This document shows positions 48,045 through 59,720 of a DNA stretch of 64,000 nucleotides, piece after piece. A program made the position numbers and the translations under genes. How positions within the stretch are numbered: position 1 is the first letter of the stretch; each line of letters begins with the position of its first letter. A model generated the notes under the pieces. The model saw only the letters and a program-made list of their open reading frames with translations. It was not told where the DNA came from and searched no databases. The DNA comes from Batkoa obscura (Eukaryota): contig JASVEC010000029.1 of assembly GCA_030770535.1 (NCBI GenBank), positions 248,001 to 312,000 on the forward strand. The letters run 5' to 3'.

Positions 48045-48056
48045 ATAATAAAATTA

Positions 48057-49461
48057 TTAAAATAACTTCAAACAAGCTTCATAAGAACCTAAAAAGATAG
48101 AACCACCTAAAGATAGCCATAATACTCTTGGTACAATACCTTTAAATAATCCAGAAATCCCTTCTTCTTTCCTTACCCTTAATAAAGTTTTGAATATTCC
48201 AGAATGATATTGTTGAGAGGTATTAATTCTATTCTATTAATTTATAATAATAATAATAATAATTAAATAGAATTAGAATAAATAAATAAATAATATTAAT
48301 ATATATCTATGTTAAATTAATAATTCAATTATTACTTACTTTAGAACTTAACATAATTCGTGTTTTTGCTAAATCAATTGGGGTAGTAACAGCTGCTGCA
48401 AATCCACCCGAAATAGAACCTGCAATAGCTGAACACCAAACAGGTATATCTTCTGTTTTATTTCCTAATTGATAATTTAATTGAACCTAATTATAACAAT
48501 GTAAATTAATATTCAATTATAATAATTATAATGAATTAAATAAACTAATTTTATACTCTAATATATTATTATTATAATTTTACCTTTAAAAGTTCATAAA
48601 TTGGAAATTGAATACAAGTGAATGGAATTTCTCTTAAAACAGTAGTTGAGTAACCTTTATAAAATCCCAAAATGGATTCTTCTTTAAGTATTGATTTTAC
48701 TGCATGTAAATAAGTAGTATATTGATTAGTTTGTAATCTTTGTTTAATGACTTCAGTTGGCACACGAACAAGACAAGCAGTCTATAAAAAAGGATTAGTT
48801 ATTAATTGATAGAATTGAACTAAGATGATAACAAAATGGATTATAAATATGGGGATGTATTTTTATGTTTAAGAATTTTACTAACAATTTTTCCACTTAA
48901 ATAGCGCTTAAAAGATAGAAAAAATAATGAAACCAAAAAAAACATCCTCATATATAATAACAATGATAATAAAAAACTTACCACTTCACCAGTTGAAGCT
49001 GCTAACATATGAATTAAAGGTAAACTTTCAATTTGTTGACTTTGTTTAAAATATGTTTTCAAGGTATCATAGCTACAGAAAAACAAAGCAGCTAAAAAAA
49101 TAAAAAAATGAATTTTCTTCCTCTTTCTCTTTCTCTTTACTTTCTTTTTCTATCTTAATAAAAAATTAAACAAAAAAAAGAACTTATCAACTTACCAGAA
49201 GGAGCCGAACCAATAATAGCGGATGATAAACCTTTATAAACATTTTTAAAACCACCACTAGCAGTAAATCCAAGTTGAGATTGTAAACGGGTTTTAATGG
49301 TATCTAATGGAAATAACATGGTATCTACCATTGTCCCTGCTATTCCACCAGACTGTTTATAGAATTATTAAATTGAATTTTTTAACAATGAAAAGTTAAT
49401 TATAAATTACCATTAATGCCTTTATAAAATTTCTATTTTTTTGATCTTGTTGCTGAGTCAT
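48057..49461 (-). CDS. PET8: Mitochondrial S-adenosylmethionine carrier (SLC25A26/Pet8/Sam5)
   Basis: Multi-exon: [84 protein letters not shown]; stop at 48057-48059. Confidence 0.9.
48851..48949 (-). mobile_element. MITE family A inside an intron of the SAM-carrier gene
   Basis: GGGGATGTATTTTT...AAAACATCCTC flanked by ATAT/ATAT, between the donor near 48982 and the acceptor near 48783. Confidence 0.9.
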
Positions 49462-49688
49462 AAAAGTAATATTGGTTAGTTTAATGATAGGGAAAGAATC
49501 AAAGTATTTATTTTATTTTTTATTTTATTTTTGATAAATTTCAAATTATTAGTTACGAAATTTCTAAACTGAACCAATCAAAATGAAATGAATTAAAATT
49601 GATCAAAATATTAAAGTTTTAAAAATGAAAAACTTAAATTCAATTTTTTAGTTATTTATTTAATTTCAATTTTAAAAAGAATTCAATT

Positions 49689-51346
49689 ATGCCAATAATT
49701 AAGAAATGTGAAGGTTGTGATTTGGAAACAGACCTTGAAGCAGCTGCATTAATCAATGGCGAAGGTCCAATAATATGTCAAAACTGTGGGGTTGTGTTAC
49801 AAGAAGATAGTATACAATTAGTACCAAATTATCAACCTGAAGAGTTTACAAGAACACATTATTCAAGATCAAAATATACACAAAGTAATATTAAAAGTTA
49901 CGAAAAACAAAAATGGGTAAGTTAAATTGATTATTTGTTTTTATTAACTTTTAGTTTTAAATGAATGGAAAATTATTTATTAGAATAAACTTTATGACGA
50001 TACTGTTAAATTTGCAAAATCATTAAATGTAACGGGTGTAGCTGAAGAAGCATTTGAAACATGTAGAAGAGTAGCTGAGTTAGAAAACATTAAACATATG
50101 AGTTCATTGAAACATTATTGTTTAGCTTGTATTTATTTGATAGCTGATAAAGAAAAAAAAGGATTAAAATTTAAAGATATTTTAGTAAGTTGTATTTTAT
50201 TTGATCAATTTATACTTATTAAATAATTGATAGGGTCTGGATGCTATATTAACTATATCTAAATTTGGTAGTGCTTATCGTCATTTAAAAAATATTTATT
50301 ATAATAGAGGTTGGGATTTATCTCATCAACAAAGTAATATTATTATACAACAAAATAATGTTAAAAAACAAAGTAGTATTGAAAAAAAAAGCAATATTCA
50401 AGAACAAAGTAATGCTGAAATACAAAATAATATTGTAGAACAAAATAATATTGAATCAAAAGATAAAGATAAAAAAGAAGAAGAGAATCCATTTATGAAA
50501 CATTTTATATTAAAATTAAAAAGTGCAGTTTATGATAATTTGGATATATTACCAATTAAGAATATGGATGTAGATACAATTGATGAAGTTGAAAAAATGA
50601 GTAAAGAATTAGTTATTGCGTTAGAGAAATTTTTAATATTTGTTGGTATGGATCGCACTCATTATATAGCAGCAATAGTTATCTTATGTTTACAAAATCG
50701 ATTTGATGTATCTTTATTAAGAAAAGAAGTGTTAATTATAGCTAAGTATTTAAATCATGGAATTACTTGTTATAAACGTTATAAAGAAATTAAAGATATT
50801 TTAATTGAATATAGTCAATCTAATTTAGGAAATATATTTGATAAAGTCCATTTTTATCGTATTATACCTTTATTTAATTTTAATCAATTACAGCCAAAAG
50901 CTATTCAACCCAAATCTTTTATTAAAAGTCGAACAAAAGCATTGAAAAATTATCAATTAACTAAAGGAGCAATGAATAAAATTAAAGCATTAAATGAAGC
51001 TATTCAAATGGAAACATCAGTCAAAAGAATCTTAGATAATAATTCCAATACTTTAATAGAAAGAAAACAAGATGTTGATAAAATTCTTAATGTTCATAAA
51101 AAATTAAAACAAATTGATCAATCTACTAAAATTGAAAAAGATGCTATTGCTACTTTAATTCGACAAAAAGCATTGTTATATAAAGGTACATTTGCTAGTT
51201 TAAGTCATTTATCAGATGAAGAAATGATTCGTTGGATTCAAGAAAAAAAATTAGAAAAAGGGGAAATTCCAAAGGCAAGTGAAAGTCAAGAATTAAATGA
51301 TCAAGATATTTCAAAAGAAGAACTGGAAGCTTATTTAAAACTATGA
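49689..51346 (+). CDS. TFIIB-family factor, BRF2-like (Pol III TFIIIB subunit)
   Basis: Exons 49689-49916, 49984-50184 and 50234-51346 in frame (513 aa). Zn ribbon CEGC...CQNCGVVLQE, cyclin-fold motifs LACIYLIADKEKKGLKFKDI and IAAIVILC, C-terminal DQDISKEELEAYL resembling the BRF TBP-anchor. Confidence 0.72.
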
Positions 51347-51513
51347 TTCTATATTATAACTTATTTTATTCATTGATATAATACATGAAACAGATATATT
51401 AATAATTTAAATATTAATTTTATTTTAATTTAAATTCATTTTTACAGAAATTCTTATTTTATTTATTTAGTTAATAACTTGATTAAAATTCTATACTCTA
51501 TCTTAATATCTCT

Positions 51514-52443
51514 TTATTCTTTTTTAATTCTCTTTAGCTAAATAAATAAAAAATCAATAACAACATATTAAAAATACAAATCAAATTTACTCTTTCTGGA
51601 TTAACAAATCCCATTGATTTATTAGTTTCTTCATTTTTACTACTTCTTTTACTAGGTTCAATCTTATCTTTATAAAGTTTTTCCTAAATTGAATTTCAAG
51701 TTTAATAATCATTTATAATTATTTAAAAACTAAACTTACTCTTTCTTTATTTAATTTTTCATTTTTCATTTTAATTTTATTTTGTCGAGTTTCACTTTTA
51801 CCTCCACCACCTGCTGATAACTCCACATTAATTTGTCGATATTGAAATTTAGTATGATGGAATCGTAATGCTTTCTATAAATTATTAATTAATAGAATTT
51901 AATAAAACACCAAATTGAATATTGATTTCTTACTTCCAATGTTTTACTATCATTAAATTCCAAAAATGCAAACCCTTTACTTTTACCTGTTTGTTTATCT
52001 GTCATTAATCGAATGGATATAATTTCTCCTAAGAGTTCTATTTTAATCTTCATAGTCATTAGAATTTTATAATTATTGTTTACCACAACTTTTAAAATGT
52101 TCTTTGATTTCTTCTTTAGTTGTTTTGAATGATAAATTTCCTAATTAAAAAAACTTTAGTTAAATACCATCCCAGTAAAAGCCATCAGCTTACCAACAAA
52201 GACAATATATCTCAATTTCGAGGGAACTTCTTTCTTGATAAACTTTGGTTTTGCTTCTTGTTCTTTACTCTCTTGTTCTTTACTCTCTTCTTCTTTTTCT
52301 TCACTCTCTTTTACCTCATCATCCTTTTCTCCTTCTTCATTCTTAACTTCTTCCTTATCTTCAGCAACTAAGCCCTTCTTTTTATATTGTTTAAATTTTT
52401 GAGCTTTTAATTCTCGTTTACTTAATTTCACTTTATTTTCCAT
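51514..52443 (-). CDS. NOP6: Nucleolar RRM protein Nop6
   Basis: Multi-exon: RYIVFVG-NLSFKTT (RNP2), KSKGFAFLEF (RNP1), then ALRFHHTKFQYRQINVELSAGGGGKSETRQNKIKMKNEKLNKER, the characteristic Nop6 tail. Confidence 0.85.
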
Positions 52444-53490
52444 TCTTTTCTTTCTTTCTTTAAAAGAGGTTCCAAATTTTAAACTTAAATGGATTTTAGA
52501 TATGGGTTAGTATAAAAACTTGATTCGAATTTGATCCAACTTTGATTTTGGAAAAAATTGCATTTAGCGCTAAAAGCTACAAAAATACTTGCTTTTATGC
52601 TTAAATTCAAAAGAACTTATCAAAATGTTTTTTTGTCCAATTTTATTAATTTTTTTGAAAACTTTACACTATATAGAAAATGGACAAAAAAAGTGAATTG
52701 GAAAATTTTCTTTCAAATTTTAATGGAGCTTTTAAACTTATATATATAGCAAAATTAAAATTGATAAAACTTCTTTCTCTTTCACTACTTTTTTAATTAA
52801 ACTAGTTTTTATAAACCAAAATTCAAGCTTTTTGCAATGTATAGTTTTTCTCACTTTTTTGCTTTTTATCACTTAATATTCTCAAAGATAAAATATATTG
52901 AAGCTACCATCTTTTAGTGTATATAAATAAATAAATAAATTTTTTAGTTTAATAAATTTCATTTTAAAAAACAAACTTAGTTATTAACTTTCATTAAACT
53001 ATTCGTACTATTAAATGCTTCAATGGTAACACTTATTTGATCAAATACTATGGTAGTCCACCAAGCATTCAAAACTTGTTAATTTGATCACTTTTCATTA
53101 AGATAATAAAATAGAAGGTCAAATTATCTTTCATTTTGTTTATTTAATTTTTATACAGAGTAAAACTAAAAAGAATTTCGACTAAAATGTTGAAGCAAAA
53201 AACATTATTGTAAAAGAATAAGGGATGTAATTTAGAAAAGATAAATAGCCAATTAAAATGGACGAAAAAAGTTAAACTCGAAAATATCGAATAAAAAGTA
53301 ATCTACTAAATATTTTATTCCCATAAATTCATAGACTCAATTAATTTTTACACTTATTGAACTTTTGGCCAATTAAAGAGGTATACAAATAAAAATTTAT
53401 GAACTTTTTTATATTTTAAAACAAAGCAAGCTTGTTTTATCCCATATTCGAATCTTTTAAAGATTAATTATTTATAAACTTTATCTCAAA

Positions 53491-56400
53491 ATGTCCATTC
53501 CACAAACCAATAGTTTTAATAGAAAATTAGAAAATAAAGTTAAGTCCTTAGATTCAAGTATACCTCCACCTGCTCTTAAAAAACGTAAGAATGAACCAGA
53601 AAAAGATACACCAATTGATTGTCCTATTCAAGTTTACATTCGTTGTCGTGGTCCAGAAAGTGTTTTAGTTGGTAAAAAAATAGGCATTGAAGCTTCTGAA
53701 GAAAATAATGAAGTCAGTTATAAAGAAGGAACTTCTGAGCGTTATGTGACTAGACCTTACTCTTTTAATCGAGTGTTTGGTCCTGCAGCCTCACAAAAAG
53801 CAGTTTATGATGAAATAGTTTCACCAATGATTGATGAAGTATTATCAGGATATAGTTGTACACTCTTTGCTTATGGTCAAACTGGTACAGGAAAGACTCA
53901 TACTATGGAAGGAAAATTGGATGAAGTACAATTTATGCCATCAGGTAACTCAGGTATTATACCAAGAACTTTATATGAAATATTTGAGAAACTTGAATCA
54001 GATAAAGAAAACATGTCATTGATAAAAGTTTCTATGATTGAAATTTATAATGAGGAGGTTTATGACCTTCTTGGTGCAAATGAACCAGGTACTGAGTTAT
54101 CTAAACTTATTCTTATTAAAGGACTTGAAAAGGATCTTGTTATCAAAGGATTAGCAGAAACAGTAATTACTAATCCATCTGAAGGTGTTGCTTTATTAGA
54201 AAAAGGAGCAGCCATGCGTCATACTGCTTCAACAAAGCTTAATAAAAGCTCAAGTCGTTCTCATTGTATATATACTCTTAAAATTAAAATCAATTCAAAA
54301 AATGGTGATGAAAAGTATTTCACGACAGGTAAATTACATCTTGTAGATCTTGCTGGATCCGAGGATATTTCAAGGTCAGGTGCTGAAAAAGCTCAAGCAG
54401 CTGAAGCTGGTAAAATCAATCGTTCTTTACTTACTTTAGGTCAAATTATAAAAGATCTTTCTGATAGAAGCTCTTCTAAATTGAACTCTAATTCAACTGG
54501 AGGTTTAACATTTAGAAATTCCAAATTGACACGTATCCTTGAAGATTCGTTAGGTGGTGGCACAAAAACACGTATGATAGCAACTGTTTCTTTACTTGAA
54601 AATGATTTAAAAGAAAGTATCAATACAATTAAATATGCTTCACAAGCAATGTCTATCAAAAATAGACCTAGAGCTAACATTTCCCTTGGTGAAGCTGCTC
54701 TCTATTTGGAATATAAAACAGAATATCAAAAAATGGCAGCCAGTTTAAAGGCACAACGGGATAAAGATGGAGCGTATTTAGCTAATGATGTTTATGAAAA
54801 GTTAACTAATGGATCTAAAGAATTGGAATTTGAAACTAAAAGATTGAACTCAGAAATTAATGAATTACAACAAATAAATTCAGATCTTAGCAATAAATTT
54901 GAAGAGAATAAAAAAGAATTGATTTTGAAGGATAATGAACTTAACGAGAAAACTAATGAACTTGAAACAACTAAAGTTCATTTAGAAACCAGCAATAAGA
55001 AACTTGAGGAAGCTTTATTAAAGATCGAAACTTTAAAGAGACAAAATGATGCTTATCTATCGAGTGAAGTCCAATTAGATAAAGTAGCTAGAGATTTACT
55101 AAATGCTACTACTGCGAAAAGTAAACAATTACAAGACTTATTTAAAGTTGTTAGTGATAAGTATAAGGTTGCTGAAACTAATATGAAATTCGCTAATGAG
55201 TTAGTATCTAATACTTCTTTTAAATTTAAGGAATCAAACTCAAGGTTAGAACAAATATCTAAATCCAATCTTGAACTTAAAAATAGAATTAATAGTGTAT
55301 CAGATGCATTAATGAGTTCACTTATAATAAAGTCATCAGATGTTACTAGTAATATTAAGAGTTCTTTTGAGAAACTCAATGCTTTAACATCAACCAATAA
55401 AGATAGACTTGAAGATAATTTTGGGTTTATCAAATCATCAGTTCAAAGCCTTGCAACTTGTTTCAATGAATTTACTAGCTTAATTGAAAAACAGACTTTA
55501 TTTACCTGTAATACTTTAGATAAATTTTCAATTACAATTGATCAGAATAACAATGATTTTAGTCATCAAATCGAAACTTTAGGGAATGAATTTACTGGTA
55601 AAGTTAATAATATGAAACAAGAATATACTTCATTACTTGAAAAAAAAACTGAGGAGTATGATAGTCAAATGGAGGAATTGAAAAAGGAACGTGAAAGCGA
55701 AGTACAAAAACTAAGAGCTCAATATGAATGGTCTGAGAGATTATTAAAAGATGTTAAAGAATCGGAAGCTTTACAAAGAGCCAAAGTAATTTCTACTATG
55801 GAAAATTCTCTCAAAGAATACTCTTCCTATCACCATAGTAACCTTTCTAATGCTATGGATAAGCATTTAAGTATGTTACACTCAAGAGAGGCATATGAGG
55901 AAAATGTTTACACAAAGTTTACCCAATCATTAGAAAAATCCAATGTTAATTATCAAAAAGAGAACAAGAAACAGAGTTTATTTTTAGAAGATGCTTCCAT
56001 GACCCTTGATAAGTATCGTATAGCCTCTTTAAAATACTCAAACAACATTACCAATTTGACTAATAGTAACAAAAATACCATTAATAAATCTCATAAGGAA
56101 ATGAAACAAGTAATGATTAAGAACGAAAACCAATACAACAATGAAATGAACACTTGTCATTTTCATGTTGGTAATGGAAATAAGGCATTAGAAGAACATT
56201 CAGAAACAATGACTTCAGCTCTAGAAAATCTACAATTTAATCATATTACTTCAATGTCACATCTCAATGACTCAGTAAGTAAGAGTAAAGATAATTTAGT
56301 TGAACTTGTAAAAGCACATGTTGATGAATCTGTACTTCCAGAAATTACAAAACTCAGTGAACTTAATAACACAAATCTCAATCTTACAACTACTTTTGTA

Positions 56401-56901
56401 AATGAGCAATTTACAGTAATTTTAAATTATACTATTTAATAACAATTTATTAAATTAAATTAAATATTTTAGATCGAAACTACTAATCCAGATCAATTTA
56501 ACATCAATACTGAAGAATATCCAAAAGAATGGCCTTTAATTAATCCTGAGGATTATGTAGTAACTGATATCAATGAAATTCCTCAAGTTAAAGAAGAAAA
56601 ATCAGAATCAAGTGTTACTACTGTTCAATCAGGTGGAGAAAAATTGAGTGAAAAAAAGGGTATTATTCGTAAGGATTCAAATTTGAAAAATGGATCAAAG
56701 CTAGTTCAACTAGTTCAATCAGTTCAATCAGTTCAATCAGTTCAATCAGTTCAACCAGTTCGAACTACTGGAGGTACTGGAGGTCCAATTCGTTCAACTA
56801 CATTTAATCGTCAAACGAATGTCAATAGACAACCTCAACGATTGTTAGCACGCTCAAAGACCAATTCAAACAACTCTAAAAAATCTGAGCCAAGAAAGTA
56901 A
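53491..56901 (+). CDS. Kinesin-5 (BimC/Cut7/Eg5 family) motor
   Basis: P-loop FAYGQTGTGKTHTMEG, SSRSH, LVDLAGSEDISRSGA, SLGGGTKT, IKNRP neck and long coiled coil. Intron 56416-56472 joins the 56644-56901 frame (1117 aa). Confidence 0.9.
56703..56760 (+). repeat. 9-bp coding minisatellite (AGTTCAATC / QSV repeats) in the kinesin tail
   Basis: About six tandem units translating LVQLVQSVQSVQSVQSVQPV. Confidence 0.85.
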
Positions 56902-57324
56902 TTCAATAGAATTGATTTCAATGTTATTTATTACTGGATCTATCTAAATAACAATCAATTTTGACTATCATTAATTTCAATACTTTTATAGTTTTGATTC
57001 AAACATTAGTAATATTATAGCATTATTTTGAATAACAGCAATGACTAAAATCATTTTTGAAAGCTAAATTTATATTCCAAATGTTAACCTTGGATATCTC
57101 AAATAGAAGTTAAACACCGTAAACATTCATTTACTTATGGTGATTAATCATACTACATAATCTTCAATGATAATGAGGAACAAGCAATTGCACTTTTATA
57201 TAATTAATTAGTATTTACTTTATTAACATTGCTTATGATATGAAAAGCTTTATTTTAATTTTAATAATTTGAAAGGTAAATAAAATTTTATCAGATTATT
57301 TTTAATCTTTCAATTATACGCTAA

Positions 57325-57364
57325 AGTTTTGAGTTTTGAGTTTTGAGTTTTGAGTTTTGAGTTT
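57325..57364. repeat. (AGTTTTG)5+ heptamer microsatellite
   Basis: Read directly from the sequence. Confidence 0.9.
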
Positions 57365-57600
57365 AATTGTTGATAGTCCTGTTACTAAAGTTAAGTATTC
57401 TAAATTTGAATAAGCTTACGATAATATTGGCATCTTTCGAAGCATTAATTACCATTCTGCAACGTCATTTAAACCCATTTTTGACAAACGCTTTGATTCA
57501 TTGAACCAATAATAATGAATTGTAAATTTATAATCAAAAATCAAAAGCTAAAAGAAAATCAAATTAATTGTTTCGTTCCTTTTATTGATTTTTATTTACA

Positions 57601-58938
57601 ATGGGATTAAAGCTTGATCGATTACCAGATAACTTACTAAAAAACATATTCAAGTTAATACATTCGATGGAATCATTTAATTTGGGCTTGTTAAACAAAT
57701 GCTTATTAAAGGATGCGAAAAATGTTATTAGATTTAATTTAGTTTATTCAGTTTAGACAGCTTTAAAAATGACACAAATCATACAATTGGCAAAAAGAGT
57801 TTATCGAAAATAGTGGATCGTCGATGAAATATATTAACGTAAATAACGATACCATTAAATATTTAAAATATTGCTCAGACGTGAGATCCATAAATTACAT
57901 GGGTTTATACTGTTATGATTACGACGATCGGGATATTGATAACGGTGACGATGATAACAATAGCAACAACAGTCTAATATCAATATCAGTAGAAATAGCA
58001 AATTCGAAATAAGCGTTAAATTACCTAAGCTGAAAAAATAGTAATGCGTTTTTTACAAGACACGCTAACACTTGGGCTATTTGATGGGTATTTGAATCAG
58101 CTTGAAGCACTTGAAATTATTGGTTTGATTTAGCTATTAAAGATAGTATAATTCATCTAAACTCAAGTAAGATATGGTCTCTTACATTTTATGCTAAACA
58201 TTATTTAAATCTTAGTGGATTGGATGCCACTAAAACAGAATTTGGTAACTTAAAGTTGGACTCGTTTATTTTTACTAATAGTGAAGTTGATCCTGACGTA
58301 AATTTTGTTTCTAGCCCAGAGATAAAAACTGAAGGGGATATTGAATTCTAGCTTAATTGTTTAGGTGACCTTAAACAATTAAAAAGTATTAAGTCATTGT
58401 ATCTTGATTATACTATTTTCGAAGGCAAAAGTGTACAATTTATTATAAAATCATTAGAAGATACCAATAGTATTTCTTTAGGGCGTTTTCATATAAAATA
58501 ACTGATCTCTTATGATTTTACAAGATTGTTAGCATTGAAAGAAACTCACTTTGATGAATTTTCAACGGAATCATTAAAAGTAATTTCTTTTATACCAAGT
58601 GTCCAGGTTATTTATATATATATATGATAGTATTATAAAAATAGTTGAATTCTTTTTTTATTAAGGAGGATGCTTACAAAGAAAAGTATGAGAATTAGTC
58701 AAATGCAACTCTGTCAAACAAATTAACATGAATAGTTTTTGTCCTTTGAGTAATTGTTATCTTTATTTCAAACCTTGAAGTGATTAAAGCAGAGCACCTT
58801 GATATACTTGAAGAAAACAAGATATCAAAAGTTACTTACAGGTTTACTAGCCCTTTATTATTAGTTGCGCCTATTAACTCGATTCATACTGTAGATTATT
58901 ATGATGAACTAGAGAAAAATCCTCAATTAATTAGATAA
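57601..58938 (+). pseudogene. F-box / LRR-like pseudogene
   Basis: ATG at 57601 gives MGLKLDRLPDNLLKNIFKLIHSMESFNLGLLNKCL (F-box pattern), then a stop. Downstream fragments (LKQLKSIKSLYLDY, FISNLEVIK, LEKNPQL) are LRR-like but broken by stops and frameshifts. Confidence 0.6.
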
Positions 58939-59720
58939 AATTAGATCAGGATTTTGATTCATTATGATTTTAATCCTTTCCTTGTATCTTATTTCTATGT
59001 TTCTAGCCTATTTAAAATTAGTGATGTGTAATATAGGGTAGCTTTTTTATATTGATGAAAACTTACTGTTCTTACTTATTACTATCATTATTTTAAACCT
59101 TTTAGTTAAAATTGTTAACTATTTAAATTAAAACTATCACATTATACTCCTTCTTGATTAATTCATCCAATACATAAAAACACAATCCTTTTATACCTCT
59201 GTCCTTTCTTAGTAATACCTGTTACCAAATAGTATCTGACAGAGCTTTTTAAGCTTTTCAACTCGATCGATTAAATATCTGATATTATCCAGATTCAAAT
59301 AATACCACAGACACGTGAAAAACCATCCGAAGTTTGCCTCTATCTCTTTATGTCAACTAAAACCCACCCCTTGTCCCTTCTTAATACTAAGTTTTCCAAT
59401 TCGGATCAAAGAGTACGCCTTAGCCTCAAAGGCTCTTGGGCTTTAGAATATCTTAGAATATAATAGACAAGGTCTTTTTACTTGAAACAAAATTAAAATT
59501 TTGCTATCCTTTGACCTAGTTTCCTTACATATTATTTGATTTAATTCACTAAATAAAAACTTGTCACCAGTTTTGAAAAAATTAAAAGGCAATGTTAAAT
59601 TACAATAGCAATAATAAAATTAAGCAATATTAGATAAAAGCTTTAGAGTATTATTCAATAGTTCAAAAATAAATCCCAAAACTATATAGTGATAATTGAG
59701 TTAAAAACCAAATCTATTTT

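Noticed and set aside
6121..48949. MITE read as a Tc1/mariner-type element with a TA TSD
   Set aside because: Three copies are flanked by ATTT on both sides, which fits a 4-bp duplication and not TA.
59190..59470. Short GC-richer minus-strand stretch (ENLVLRRDKGWVLVD) resembling sequence downstream of a LINE RT
   Set aside because: Too short and degenerate to assign by eye.
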